Source of the DNA: Clostridiales bacterium
GTDB lineage: Bacteria > Bacillota > Clostridia > Lachnospirales > Lachnospiraceae
Length of the DNA stretch: 64,000 nucleotides
Reading direction: 5' to 3'
NCBI GenBank assembly: GCA_020860715.1
Contig: JAJBTU010000023.1
Coordinates: 38,692 to 102,691, forward strand
Part shown: positions 20,201-27,209 of the stretch, one piece after another
Numbering within the stretch: position 1 is the stretch's first letter
Layout: each line of letters opens with the position of its first letter
Made by a program: the position numbers and the translations under genes
Notes under the pieces: generated by a model
What the model was told of the DNA's origin: nothing
Databases searched by the model: none
What the model saw: the letters and a program-made list of their open reading frames with translations, nothing else

Positions 20201-21730
20201 GAAACGACTGAAATCAAGGTAACAAAAGTCTGGCAGTATCCTGACGGGACAGAGGACACAGATACGAGTGAAACAGTGACTATAAAACTGTATCGTTCTA
20301 CAGAAAAGCTGAGCGAGGCTGAGACCGAGGCTGTTACGGAATCGCAGACGGAAACCGAAGCCCAGACGGAAGCAAAAACGGAAACGCAAACGGAAGCTCA
20401 AACAGAGGCGCAGACGGACACGGAAGCCCAAACGGAAGCGAAAACCGAAAGTGAGACAGAAACCGAGACCGAGACAGAAACAGAGACTCAGACAGAAGGA
20501 ACGGTAAGTCTGACTGTCAGCATTGATTCAGTGAAGGACAGTTCTGGTGGCGACGCTTCGATTGATACTGGCTGGATATGGATAGGTATTTTTGATTCCG
20601 AATGGAACAGCATGGTGGAGGATTACACATTAAGCAAAAATCAGACCAGATATGTTTTTACAAACCTGACAAAAGGGCAATCGTATAATATTGCATATAA
20701 CTGCAATTCGGAGACTTCCTCGAAGCAGTATCAGGATGTTGTGAGCGTTCAGGCAACAAAATCTGATGGTTCGATTTTAGACTCTAGTGAACTGATTCTA
20801 ACGGAAGATACGAAGATTAGCCTGAATGTAGTGGTAGAAACACCGACCAGAGCCTATCTTACCTTTAGTATGGAAGATTCGAATTGGGATACCAGCACGG
20901 GTGGTTACATTACGGTCACCGTCTATGCAAATGATTCGAATGACACCAAAACGAAGGTGGATTCGGGGACATTAAGTTCAGCGAACTCCTGGTCATGGAC
21001 GACATCCAAGTATCTATACTGGGGCTCGGATGCGACTTATACCATCGAATATGGGTATGATGGAACCATCATAACAGAGGTGAGCGGCGATACTACTTTA
21101 ACTGGTGGAAGCAGTGAAACGATTTCCCTGACTGCGACGCTTGCCTCAGCTGCAAATGGGAATGGAACAGCGCTCCTTTCAACAGATACGAACACGCTGA
21201 CGGCAGCACTTGTCTCGAACGAACATATTCGAACCATGGCGTCCGGAGGCTCTGAGACCGAGACGGTTGAAAAACTGCTGGTGGCAGGAGCCGTGGATGG
21301 GGACCCATATGCGACCATTACTCTTGGCAGATCGCTGACAGATACGACCGACACAGGCTATAGCAGCGATCACCTGACGTATACGTGGAGCAATCTGGAA
21401 AAGTACGATGATCAGGGCAATTTGTATTACTATTACGTGGTCGAAGAATCCGTTGAGGGGTATACGACCTCATACACGACCACTGTTACCAAAGAAACCG
21501 AGGCGGGAGATTCATCAGAGATTACCACGATCACCGAGGTAGTCGTAACCAATACAAAAACTTCAAGCCAGAGTATTATAATCCCCGGTACCGGTTCGAA
21601 ATATCCATTGATCTTTTATGGCTTAGGGCTGAGCTTCTTAGTCGTCTCATCAACGTGGATGCTCTACGCCTTTAAAAAGAAGAAATACAAATACGCTGGG
21701 AAAGGAGGAGCAAAGCCAGACAGTTCATAA
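11258..21730 (+). CDS. Giant (3490 aa) cell-wall-anchored adhesin. It has a signal peptide, an acidic S/T/E/D region, several Cna-A-like (collagen-binding-type) domains, about 10 CnaB/SpaA-type repeats and a C-terminal IPGTG sorting signal.
   Basis: ORF track 11132..21730, trimmed to MRKIGKNHFLRRCIAMLLVVSLMGSQLIMPSNISLAADD (GGGAGAGGAA SD). CnaB-like units recur with the pattern (V/I)xK.W.D.......(V/I).(V/L)xLYRS...W.Y.WSNLP...YYYYV.E. The E-box-like YRLIETEAPTNY is present. The C-terminus is IPGTG (21581-21595), then a hydrophobic helix, then KKKKYKY. Confidence 0.9.
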   Translation: MRKIGKNHFLRRCIAMLLVVSLMGSQLIMPSNISLAADDSQDLIVQEEETASGTGSEMDTSAASDTSEDLSSGGSGTSDTGTSASTSSGTDGSILSIESIEEVTNASSSGESELSADQTEAEIGSANESESAAEPEASALSVAAVLSASAVSNTENEYQVSAVFTVSGSGKETVRLALCMDEITYAILLDSCAAEPETAATDTCVITLTDGTFLTTEKTVLTDGSILLRFAYDADDTGTGSNADTGTMTLEFVLTADADTLEKDVLGTLMAEWSSDSDTDASDAAWSTLDTVSVNWAAVEEECETESESESAAEEIEKETESETEESETESEAETEAETECESETETECETETTGSAIDEDEKETESETENEAETETEDSYASSSSANISGTAKTRTISVASALLMTADLDEDDDYVDLTDYITAASFSSSAIDAGTVLKVTLEYQIYTQILTAAGTNVLTYQLPDGITPNRAYSGTVYDDSGSAVGTYEIAKDGKITITLDETFVSSGSTINGDISFWSTLSAPAGSEDTTYEYTFSENNQVTATITINKESETDESETTAKTDLYVDKENEYVVNRAKDTITATYTVVIGSTYGTGEYPITLFTDTPTVTSGVSVAVGDTSTLTKTTDSGTDTLIFSNYFTVNDDGSISLNSGSSLPALGAGEYYTLSYTVTYTGLDQINGTIELMNYAYARTEKNTGSDTNTIRMNHSYLTKTSYYDSTEDVIKWEITINDFGGDLDGYTLKDILLKSGDDTNLAADGTVTVTEYKSDGSTNVFEIELDSDGSFTFNNDNTDGYDTTSKFVISYTTDVSGDGFYSSYTNKAALSDDNGHSFEVEKGQNVTHDTDTLTKIHVTENGTATAGETETENDDLKTYQWEVTVVAPTDGIKKDAVYTDTITSSVYGSTIHYITSSQLKELKAVGIGDYNMETDLLLDTDYKIQISDGSGWKDCDSTEYAENDTFTSFRIVILQDLSYGSIQLSYYTTGDLSSMVNGDVVTFTNSGTFEQDGGKTSSSDSTKETKGGYLIKTDKGGSVTGTYVYDECKGILYYCLMINTNSTLGAEGDIVITDVLPEGTTLYTEEYEIINALGNASINGTSVNDTESHVKIYYGLGTSNIWQLQNRYDGTEYGYENSYVGGYDANSDVTVTCEDNVLTITIPQKVYYGSFVSGSYSSLPISIYYAVQINDVLGREQSKEYTNNAKMQIGKDSYTDSVTDTVTASYVSKSIDSDAETGDREKAYRVLINPTAETLNDGETLLLTDTVDYGTYIQSVTLKPGTFHLYHMNSDGSEGSEVSTSLYTVTYGEVTNTGGTSFEMNITVKDGTAYILEYVYDFTIDENAFIQANQGESGELKITNTITLTGSHIGSEDSKTEDAEYIEASSSSANIDKITFVKVDADNQIVYLSGAVFVLQMFDAVAYAAEADPKEYSDDAYWTTVKRYVTGQDGTGAILLSGLTSGNAYRLIETEAPTNYTVSSDAYYYFCYNTQTIPSGWPADLQAAVNSLTGGVTISFTNKSSGEDNTSIGVQKYWYDADGNLLTGDEITDRNGNVISSIQVSLYQTTDRSDITNGTLYQTESITPDDDGNWYYEFSNLPKTDKGGGKLYYYVEETGVYTMDSGAASSSLTELLRSYVIEDNQTRANSSGTVTLTNTKKPTTSVTIDKEWLSAKGASLSGTDITDQDGAVITGIEVVLYQLENTTEIPTDVTALNEYARVTVTADANGGWSYTFSELPIDNGYDAADGNYVKYYYFAAETGNYYTSESGETPETGLTGTDDSNSYTCAVSNTTALNDGSAGSTITITNTKNPGKTFVKVTKAWEGESEGSIDVTLYRSKTAPETEAASTNTKTVSCEVTIKSTGDSYATISTEDLCVDNDGSTVKITIQLKEDSQWFTLQSEASYSVGGSEAATVSVTDIGNYTYEIVLSDVNDDITVTVGTTAGYIYYGYFDISAAVVSAITQQQVTGMLELPDDVTEYQTETVTLTSSDSWTYTWSNLPDDYYYYVVEGTGTDGYISGYYAAYEYVYNTAGDASSGIKEVTITNTAETDSGTTDVTVEKNWKYSDGTAVNDTSAMPSVTLTLWRSTTKTDDGSLPNETEKVTVDNDGAAITNPVTLSDSTWTKTWSNLSKKDSSSNTYYYYVTENTGDYTTEITGNGTTGITVTNTITSISVSKVWAGADGTELSSTDIADKSVSVQLWKKDESGSSDTQVAAIQLANGKTDSGYSNDGWTYTWSALAPGTYYVIETLINEKSSDTGYVTAYTSATTSADGTLDTSKAANAAVAIGTITITNTKESTGISVEKQWSDSKTAHDPVTIYLYRSTTKPTTAGGETEETQAPTTTTTTMSGTISVANWFYSDGTTSAAKDYTGCVSADDSITVILTNTSSGGTKSVTLNSDNGWSADYSVNGSVDGTTQSYTVTCEKSGSNIASAEVSPSTLTGTTGDSEQNVSVSATLKEDAPSGGGTTEGITIKITSWKDSTSGEAASPLTNEYKSYYISLYDISNNWNYSSVVLTYASGWSGTLSSYEEGHQYVINVGSFSNDGLEVISGTTTYDSRNQLITITDNSALVQLAASYDATASASLTSVSETLTASLTPIVSTMTTASGTGVASSTLRYVSENDTAYASIVLGASEKVDGVSTTSWSYDWSNLPKYDDEGNLYYYYIVEESVSGYTAEYTYTEDANDGTISSVTVVNTSTSTEPETMEVTVDKKWVYSDATSTEITDSGLLPASVTFELFYSTTAPGGLSNGEYPDDLNAYYASGSDTPATITLTADDRNDWTYTWSNLPKYVPDSNGKDTDTPYYYYIKETAVGGETIDVTTPTYSINGLSDTGTITVTNAVDTTSVKAVKKWENAGGSALSQIPSDYSVTLQLMRVLETESDGSIILETEYGEAVTLSGDSQNAVDGYITYKEDDWTHTWTHLPSGTYYVKEVSTTAVGYTDGYRNANMTDTETDKENASDATITVTAGTDYSDGLNTITVINKKETTEIKVTKVWQYPDGTEDTDTSETVTIKLYRSTEKLSEAETEAVTESQTETEAQTEAKTETQTEAQTEAQTDTEAQTEAKTESETETETETETETQTEGTVSLTVSIDSVKDSSGGDASIDTGWIWIGIFDSEWNSMVEDYTLSKNQTRYVFTNLTKGQSYNIAYNCNSETSSKQYQDVVSVQATKSDGSILDSSELILTEDTKISLNVVVETPTRAYLTFSMEDSNWDTSTGGYITVTVYANDSNDTKTKVDSGTLSSANSWSWTTSKYLYWGSDATYTIEYGYDGTIITEVSGDTTLTGGSSETISLTATLASAANGNGTALLSTDTNTLTAALVSNEHIRTMASGGSETETVEKLLVAGAVDGDPYATITLGRSLTDTTDTGYSSDHLTYTWSNLEKYDDQGNLYYYYVVEESVEGYTTSYTTTVTKETEAGDSSEITTITEVVVTNTKTSSQSIIIPGTGSKYPLIFYGLGLSFLVVSSTWMLYAFKKKKYKYAGKGGAKPDSS
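12156..12396 (+). repeat. In-frame acidic (E-T-E-S/C) low-complexity repeat inside the adhesin gene
   Basis: EEECETESESESAAEEIEKETESETEESETESEAETEAETECESETETECETETT...ETESETENEAETETED, encoded by reiterated GAGACGGAA-type codon runs. Confidence 0.85.
20315..20497 (+). repeat. Second in-frame acidic (TEAQ/TETE) repeat inside the adhesin gene
   Basis: EAETEAVTESQTETEAQTEAKTETQTEAQTEAQTDTEAQTEAKTESETETETETETETQTEG. Confidence 0.85.
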
Positions 21731-21913
21731 TCCTATGGAGCTGCCAAACGCGAGACGGTTGTAAGCGGCCGCACCCGAAAATCATGAGACTACATCAATG
21801 ATGGAAATACGGGATCCTGCAGCTAAGCGCAAATGAATCGCAGCGGACAGCGGACGACAACGGACGACAATCCGTCGTCAGACAGTATGTGGGCAGTTCC
21901 AAGCCCGGCTAAA

Positions 21914-22003
21914 GCAACATCCCGGTGACAAAATGGATCGGGGTCAGGCAACATCCCGATGAAGAAAAGCATCGGGCAGAGCAACACTCCGGCAGTTGCC
22001 GGG
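21914..22003 (+). repeat. Three tandem ~33-bp GCAACAYYCCG...CGGG hairpin modules in the leader of the first pilin gene
   Basis: Modules start at 21914, 21948 and 21981. Each contains a short inverted repeat, e.g. CCCGAT-12 nt-ATCGGG. Confidence 0.6.
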
Positions 22004-22032
22004 AAATCTTCAGAGAGGAAAAGGTGAAAAGT

Positions 22033-23666
22033 ATGAAAAGAACATTAAAGAAATTGGCCGCGCTGGCGTCAGCAGTCATCATGACGCTTGCGATGACCAT
22101 GACGGTATCAGCCACAACGGCTACCGTAACGAGCGGGGGGGTAATTTAACAGCTCTAACGCTCTACATTTACAGCAGTGATGAGAATAGTACGGGTACGC
22201 TTTCTACGAATACTTACAGTTTGTATCAGATCGCAGCATTCGATGTGGAAACAGATACAAACGGAAGTACAGTTTATACAAACATCAAAGTAAATTCAGC
22301 GTACGAAAGTGACTTTGTTCCAGCTACAATTACAGGGAACACCACAACCTATGCTGAAAACAGTGATGCAATGAAAGCCCTTGCTGTTACATTGAAAGCG
22401 GATACGGCGAGTGATACAGCGGTTGCTACGGGTATTACTGACGGTACAGTGACAAACTTAAGATCAGGCTATTATCTTCTGGTTGAAACAGCTCATTCAT
22501 CGAGCGATGCATATATTGCGACGGATGTGATTTTGGTAGCTGCTGACGGAACGGAGGCGAGTAATAGCAACAGCGTAAAGCTGAAAGAATCCAGGGCAAG
22601 CATTACGAAAAAGATTGTTCTGGAGGATTCAACTACGAATGTATCGGAAGCAGCTGCAGGGACTCCTGTGGATGATAACGTGGTGGCGTTCGGCGATACA
22701 GTTACGTATCAGTTGACGGCGAAAATCCCGAATTACCCGGCAGACGCGTCAAATATCGAATATATCATCACTGATGAGCTGTCAGATGGATTGACCTACG
22801 CAGGTATTTCATCAATTACAATTGGAGATTCTGTGATTGCGGCGGGGGACTATACTTCCTGGCTTAGTACACCAAGTGGGGCTGGCGGAACACTCAAAAT
22901 TACAATCCCATCTGCCACTGTAACAGCGAATGCAGGAAAAACCGTAACGGTTAAATTTACTGCTACATTAAATGAGAATGCGAATGTTGGTACAACCGGT
23001 AACCCGAACTCCGTACAGCTGGAATACACGAACAACTGGACTACGGGGACCAAATATACAACACCGAAAGACAGCGTTATTACTTATACTGGTTCAATTA
23101 CCATCAAGAAAGTAGATAGTGCGAATCCTGATACGGTTTTAAAGGGCGCAGAGTTCGCAATTTATGCACCTAAGGATTATGCTGATACAACTGCTCCGAC
23201 AGGAGTAAAGGATTCAATTGAACCGAATGGGGATGGGGTTAAGTATTATTACCTCAAAACAGTGACGACGGGCGATGATGGTACAGTAACGATTAAAGGT
23301 TTAGATGCAGGTACTTACTATGCGGTTGAGACAGATGCTCCTGACGGATACAGTCTTGATGAAACACCGAAGAAATTGGTGTTATCTGTTTCCAGCGCAT
23401 CAATCGCGAATCTCGAAACAACGGGTGATCCGGTATCTACACAAGGTAATGATAACACAGAGACCACCTACACTGTCACTTGGGTTGTAAATAAGGACAC
23501 CCCTAACACGACTTCAACCCAGATAATTGAGAACAAGAAGGGTACCACCCTTCCGGGCACCGGCGGTATCGGTACCACACTTTTCACCTTTGGCGGACTT
23601 GCGCTGGTAATTATCGCAGCGGTAATGTTCATTGTTTACACAAAGAAACAGAGAAAACAGGCATAA
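22033..23666 (+). pseudogene. SpaA/FimA-type pilin (LPGTG), reading frame broken at a G7 tract between the signal peptide and the mature domain
   Basis: The signal peptide MKRTLKKLAALASAVIMTLAMTMTVSATTATVTSGG sits in the frame of ORF 21925..22149, which stops at 22147-22149. The mature pilin (..NLTALTLYIYSSDENSTG...YYAVETDAPDGYSL...LPGTGGIGTTLFTFGGLALVIIAAVMFIVYTKKQRKQA) sits in the frame of ORF 21996..23666. The switch occurs at the G run 22135-22141. Confidence 0.75.
22135..22141 (+). repeat. Homopolymeric G7 tract (candidate slipped-strand switch, or an assembly error)
   Basis: Sequence gagcGGGGGGGtaattt. G8 or G5 would fuse the signal peptide in frame to the pilin body. G6 gives an immediate TAA. 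Confidence 0.9.
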
Positions 23667-23730
23667 ACAGATGTCTGACAGAAATGTCAGATAAAATGCT
23701 CAATCCGAACACTTGAAGCATTTCAAGTAT

Positions 23731-23767
23731 CTCACTTCCCGGCTCGATGCTCCGAGCCGGGAGTGAG
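23731..23767 (+). terminator. Strong stem-loop after pilin 1 (no U-tail; attenuator or mRNA stabiliser rather than a clean terminator)
   Basis: CTCACTTCCCGGCTCG / CGAGCCGGGAGTGAG, a 15-bp stem with one bulge. Two smaller hairpins precede it (23672-23692, 23711-23729). Confidence 0.45.
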
Positions 23768-23973
23768 ACAAAATGACATCGAACAGTTTGTTTTCCGAAA
23801 GCCAACCGAACCCGAATGAATGAGAAGAAGAAATAACATTCAGACAGGTTTGGGCGGCAATCAAGGTTTCTTATGTGCAGACGTAAATGAACCATACCAT
23901 TGCGAGAGAACAGCACAGGACGAACGGAAAACGAAACTTAGCAAGATGACATTTTGAAAGCGAGGAAAAGAGC

Positions 23974-25584
23974 ATGAAAAACAACATTAGAAAGTCAGCC
24001 AAAAGATGGCTGGCACTTGTGATGACGGCTATTATGGTGTTCGCGATGGGTGCGACGGTAATGGCGCAGGGAGAAGCAACTTCTACCGGATATACCATTA
24101 CCATTAATAGTGGCACTAATAATTCGGGCACTACGTATAATTTGTACCGTATTTACGATGCAACAGTGGCAGCGAGTTTTACCGACGGAAATGGTGTCAG
24201 CTATTCGCTGACAAATGCTTTTAGTTCTCTTTCGGCTAAATATGGGGACACTGGGGCAAATGTCTCCAGTCAATTGCGGGCTCTGATTTCAGATGCAATG
24301 GACATTGTAAATAAAGGAGCAACTGCAGATTATTCAAATGTGAGCGCAAATGAGGCAATTAATGTAAAACCGGGTTATTATCTGATTGTCGCAAATGCTA
24401 AAGCAGAAGATGGCGGTACAGTTACGAGTCCGTGTCTGGTATCGGTGCCCGGTAATGCATCAGTTACATCAGATGGTTCTTCCGGAGCCTATAGCGCTTC
24501 TGTTGCGGTAACTCCGAAGGCGTCAGATACAAACATCACGAAGAACATTACCGGTGGTGACAGCACAAATATTACTGCCACTGGAAATACTTCAACACTT
24601 GCAATTGGCGATGAGATTCAGTATACAATCACATCTCTGATTCCGGATTATGGTGATGATGTAGATACGGATGAAATTGTATATACCATCACAGATAGTG
24701 CGGACACGACCTTGCAGTTTGTCAGCGTTGATTCAGTGACAATGTCAAGCACACCTGAAACGGATCTTCAAAATGGTACAAGCGGCACAGAAACTGTCGA
24801 TAATACTTATTACTCTCAGACTGTATCTGCAAATGGCTTTGTGCTTAAATTTAACTATAATGAACTTACTGCAGGTCAGACGATAAAGATCACGGCAACT
24901 TTTAAACTTACCGATGCTGCAGTGGTTGGTGAAGCGAATGCAAATGAGGCAGAGCTGGAGTACACAAATAACTATTATATTGATAATGGCACCACCAAAA
25001 TTACGGAGGAAGTTAACACGTATACATTTGGCTTTGGTATCCGTAAGGTTGATTCAACCTCTGGCGCATTGCTGACCGGAGCGGAATTTGAAATATACGA
25101 TTCCAGCAGCAATCTTATAGCTATCATCAAAGGAAGCGGAACCGATGGCAAAGTTGTTATAACGGTATATGATGGAACCGGAACCAGTGCAGATGTTCCG
25201 GGTAAAGTGGTATACACGTCAAATGAAGTCACCGATACCGGAGAATATGCAATAAAAGGATTGGAAGCAGGAAAATATATAGTAAAAGAGACCAAAGCTC
25301 CGTCCGGATATTCTATCGGTTCGGATCTGGAAATTACAATTGTGGCGACTAAAGATCCAGAAGAGTATGAAGGAGGCTACACGGTAAATGGTAACAGTAC
25401 GGAGTCAGCTACATTTGATGGTGTTACAGCCTATTCGGCGACAATTAACAACACGAAAGGTACTATCATGCCTGGCACCGGCGGTATCGGTACCACACTC
25501 TTTACCTTCGGCGGCCTTGCACTGGTGATCCTTGCGGCGGTCCTGTTTATCGTTTATACGAAGAAGCAGAGAAAGCAGGCATAA
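23974..25584 (+). CDS. SpaA/FimA-type pilin 2 (536 aa) with signal peptide, pilin-motif-like VAVTPKAS, an E-box and an MPGTG sorting signal
   Basis: MKNNIRKSAKRWLALVMTAIMVFAMGATVMAQG signal peptide. E-box-like YIVKETKAPSGYSI. The C-terminus MPGTGGIGTTLFTFGGLALVILAAVLFIVYTKKQRKQA is nearly identical to that of pilin 1. Confidence 0.88.
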   Translation: MKNNIRKSAKRWLALVMTAIMVFAMGATVMAQGEATSTGYTITINSGTNNSGTTYNLYRIYDATVAASFTDGNGVSYSLTNAFSSLSAKYGDTGANVSSQLRALISDAMDIVNKGATADYSNVSANEAINVKPGYYLIVANAKAEDGGTVTSPCLVSVPGNASVTSDGSSGAYSASVAVTPKASDTNITKNITGGDSTNITATGNTSTLAIGDEIQYTITSLIPDYGDDVDTDEIVYTITDSADTTLQFVSVDSVTMSSTPETDLQNGTSGTETVDNTYYSQTVSANGFVLKFNYNELTAGQTIKITATFKLTDAAVVGEANANEAELEYTNNYYIDNGTTKITEEVNTYTFGFGIRKVDSTSGALLTGAEFEIYDSSSNLIAIIKGSGTDGKVVITVYDGTGTSADVPGKVVYTSNEVTDTGEYAIKGLEAGKYIVKETKAPSGYSIGSDLEITIVATKDPEEYEGGYTVNGNSTESATFDGVTAYSATINNTKGTIMPGTGGIGTTLFTFGGLALVILAAVLFIVYTKKQRKQA

Positions 25585-25675
25585 GTTCCTGGTGAGATGA
25601 AAAAGAAAGAAGAAAAGAAAGAGTTCCAAATAGTGCGAATTAACGTGTGCTTTAAATGATTGAAAGCAGAAGCGG

Positions 25676-25709
25676 TTTTCCGGTGCGGCTTTGCGGCCGC
25701 GCCGGAAAA
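25676..25709 (+). terminator. GC-rich 14-bp stem-loop downstream of pilin 2
   Basis: TTTTCCGGTGCGGC-loop-GCCGCGCCGGAAAA. Confidence 0.5.
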
Positions 25710-25902
25710 GCATCAGAGTGATATCTTTTGTGCTTTGTTCCTTATTTACAGGAAATGACGCAAGCCGTTTTAAAAGATGGAAAATGAGAGGCGAAGCAGA
25801 AAAGATACGATTATGTTGGGAAGATTGTTGAGGCACTTTTAAATTTAAGTAAATACAATATATGAATTAAATTATATTAATAAAATAATAATAAACAAAA
25901 TG

Positions 25903-25931
25903 TTGCAATATAATCTGCTTTATGGTAATAT
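25903..25931 (+). promoter_or_regulatory. Sigma-A-type promoter in a very AT-rich spacer upstream of the Rpn-like gene
   Basis: TTGCAA (25903-25908), 17-nt spacer, TAATAT (25926-25931). Confidence 0.5.
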
Positions 25932-26095
25932 CCCCATATGACAGGAAGAAATGCGGATACTTTGTACTTGTGGCAGGGAAAATCCTGTGGTAAAGTAAAT
26001 CTGTCAGTATAAAGTTCGGGAAATCTGTCTGTCAGGAGAACTGGAAATCTTAAAGCCCCGCGCTATTTGTGGGTTGGTGGAATGGGGGATTGCGG

Positions 26096-27064
26096 ATGCA
26101 GGCAGATTTAAGGAACACGCTGATTGCAGCAGATACTATGACACAGTATGATATTTACGCCAGAGATTTACTTGCCAGGAAAAGCATTCTGGCGCATATA
26201 CTGATATCGACTGTAGATGAATTTAAGGATATGCCGCCAAAAGAGGTGGAAAACTGCATTGAGGGGGATATTTATGTAGGAGTGGTTCCGGCTGATCCGG
26301 GTCTGACGAACGCAGAACATATCAATTCGAACGGCGATCATGTGAAAGGCTTCAACGCTGTTCAGTCAGATGTGCAGGAGGGACTGGCAGTCTTTGACAT
26401 TGTGTTTTACGTAAGAATGCAGGATGGCCTGTCTCAGATTATTATCAATGTCGAGGCTCAGAAGGATGAGCCATCTGGATATAGTATTTTAAACCGTGCT
26501 GTTTTTTATGTAAGCAGACTGGTATCGTCACAGAAGGAGCGTGACTTTACAGGAAAGAAGTTCAATGATTTAAAACGTGTTTATTCTATCTGGGTTTGCA
26601 TGAATATGGATGAGTGTATTTGGGATTATATTCATCTTACAGATGACACGATTCTGGGCGGTCATAGATGGAAAGGGAAACTGGATCTTCTGAATATTGT
26701 GCTTCTTGGTATTCCGAATAAGATTCCGAAGCGGGGAGAACAATATGAACTGCATCGGCTTTTGGGTGCGTTGTTTTCTAATCAGCTGACACCGAATGAG
26801 CGGATCGATATTTTGGAGAATGAATATCACATCGCCGCAGAGATGGAATTCAGAGAGGAGGTGGATGTTATGTGCAATTTAAGCGAAGGAATTTATGAAC
26901 AGGGAAAAGCAGAAGGAAAAGCAGAAGGAAAAGCAGAAGTAGCGTTTAATCTTCGTGATATGGGGATGGATGACAAAAAGATCGCTCAGGCGCTTAATGT
27001 CGAGATTGAGATAGTGAAAGGCTGGTTTGAAAGTGAAGGGAATGACAGTGTCTGCTTTCAGTAA
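26096..27064 (+). CDS. Rpn-family recombination-promoting nuclease / putative transposase (PD-(D/E)XK, YhgA-like)
   Basis: ORF track 26069..27064 (GTG); ATG 26096 has a GGGGGA SD. The core FDIVFYVRMQDGLSQIIINVEAQKDEPSGYSILNRAVFYVSRLVSSQ is typical of the family. The C-terminus has a GKAE x3 repeat. Confidence 0.7.
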   Translation: MQADLRNTLIAADTMTQYDIYARDLLARKSILAHILISTVDEFKDMPPKEVENCIEGDIYVGVVPADPGLTNAEHINSNGDHVKGFNAVQSDVQEGLAVFDIVFYVRMQDGLSQIIINVEAQKDEPSGYSILNRAVFYVSRLVSSQKERDFTGKKFNDLKRVYSIWVCMNMDECIWDYIHLTDDTILGGHRWKGKLDLLNIVLLGIPNKIPKRGEQYELHRLLGALFSNQLTPNERIDILENEYHIAAEMEFREEVDVMCNLSEGIYEQGKAEGKAEGKAEVAFNLRDMGMDDKKIAQALNVEIEIVKGWFESEGNDSVCFQ

Positions 27065-27209
27065 AGAAAATGTGAGTTGATTTAGGGAGCGTTCCCCGGC
27101 TCGGTCTGATCGGGTCGGGGAATTGCCTTTCCGCTGCCGGACCCCGCTTGACATTTTTCGGAAGAATCTGCACAATAAAGATATCAGTTTTGTTAAAGAA
27201 GGTGAAAAG

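Noticed and set aside
23550-25584. The near-identical 3' ends of the two pilin genes as a mobile repeat
   Set aside because: The similarity is confined to the in-frame sorting-signal/anchor coding region and stops at the stop codon. It is better explained by paralogy or gene conversion than by an independent element.
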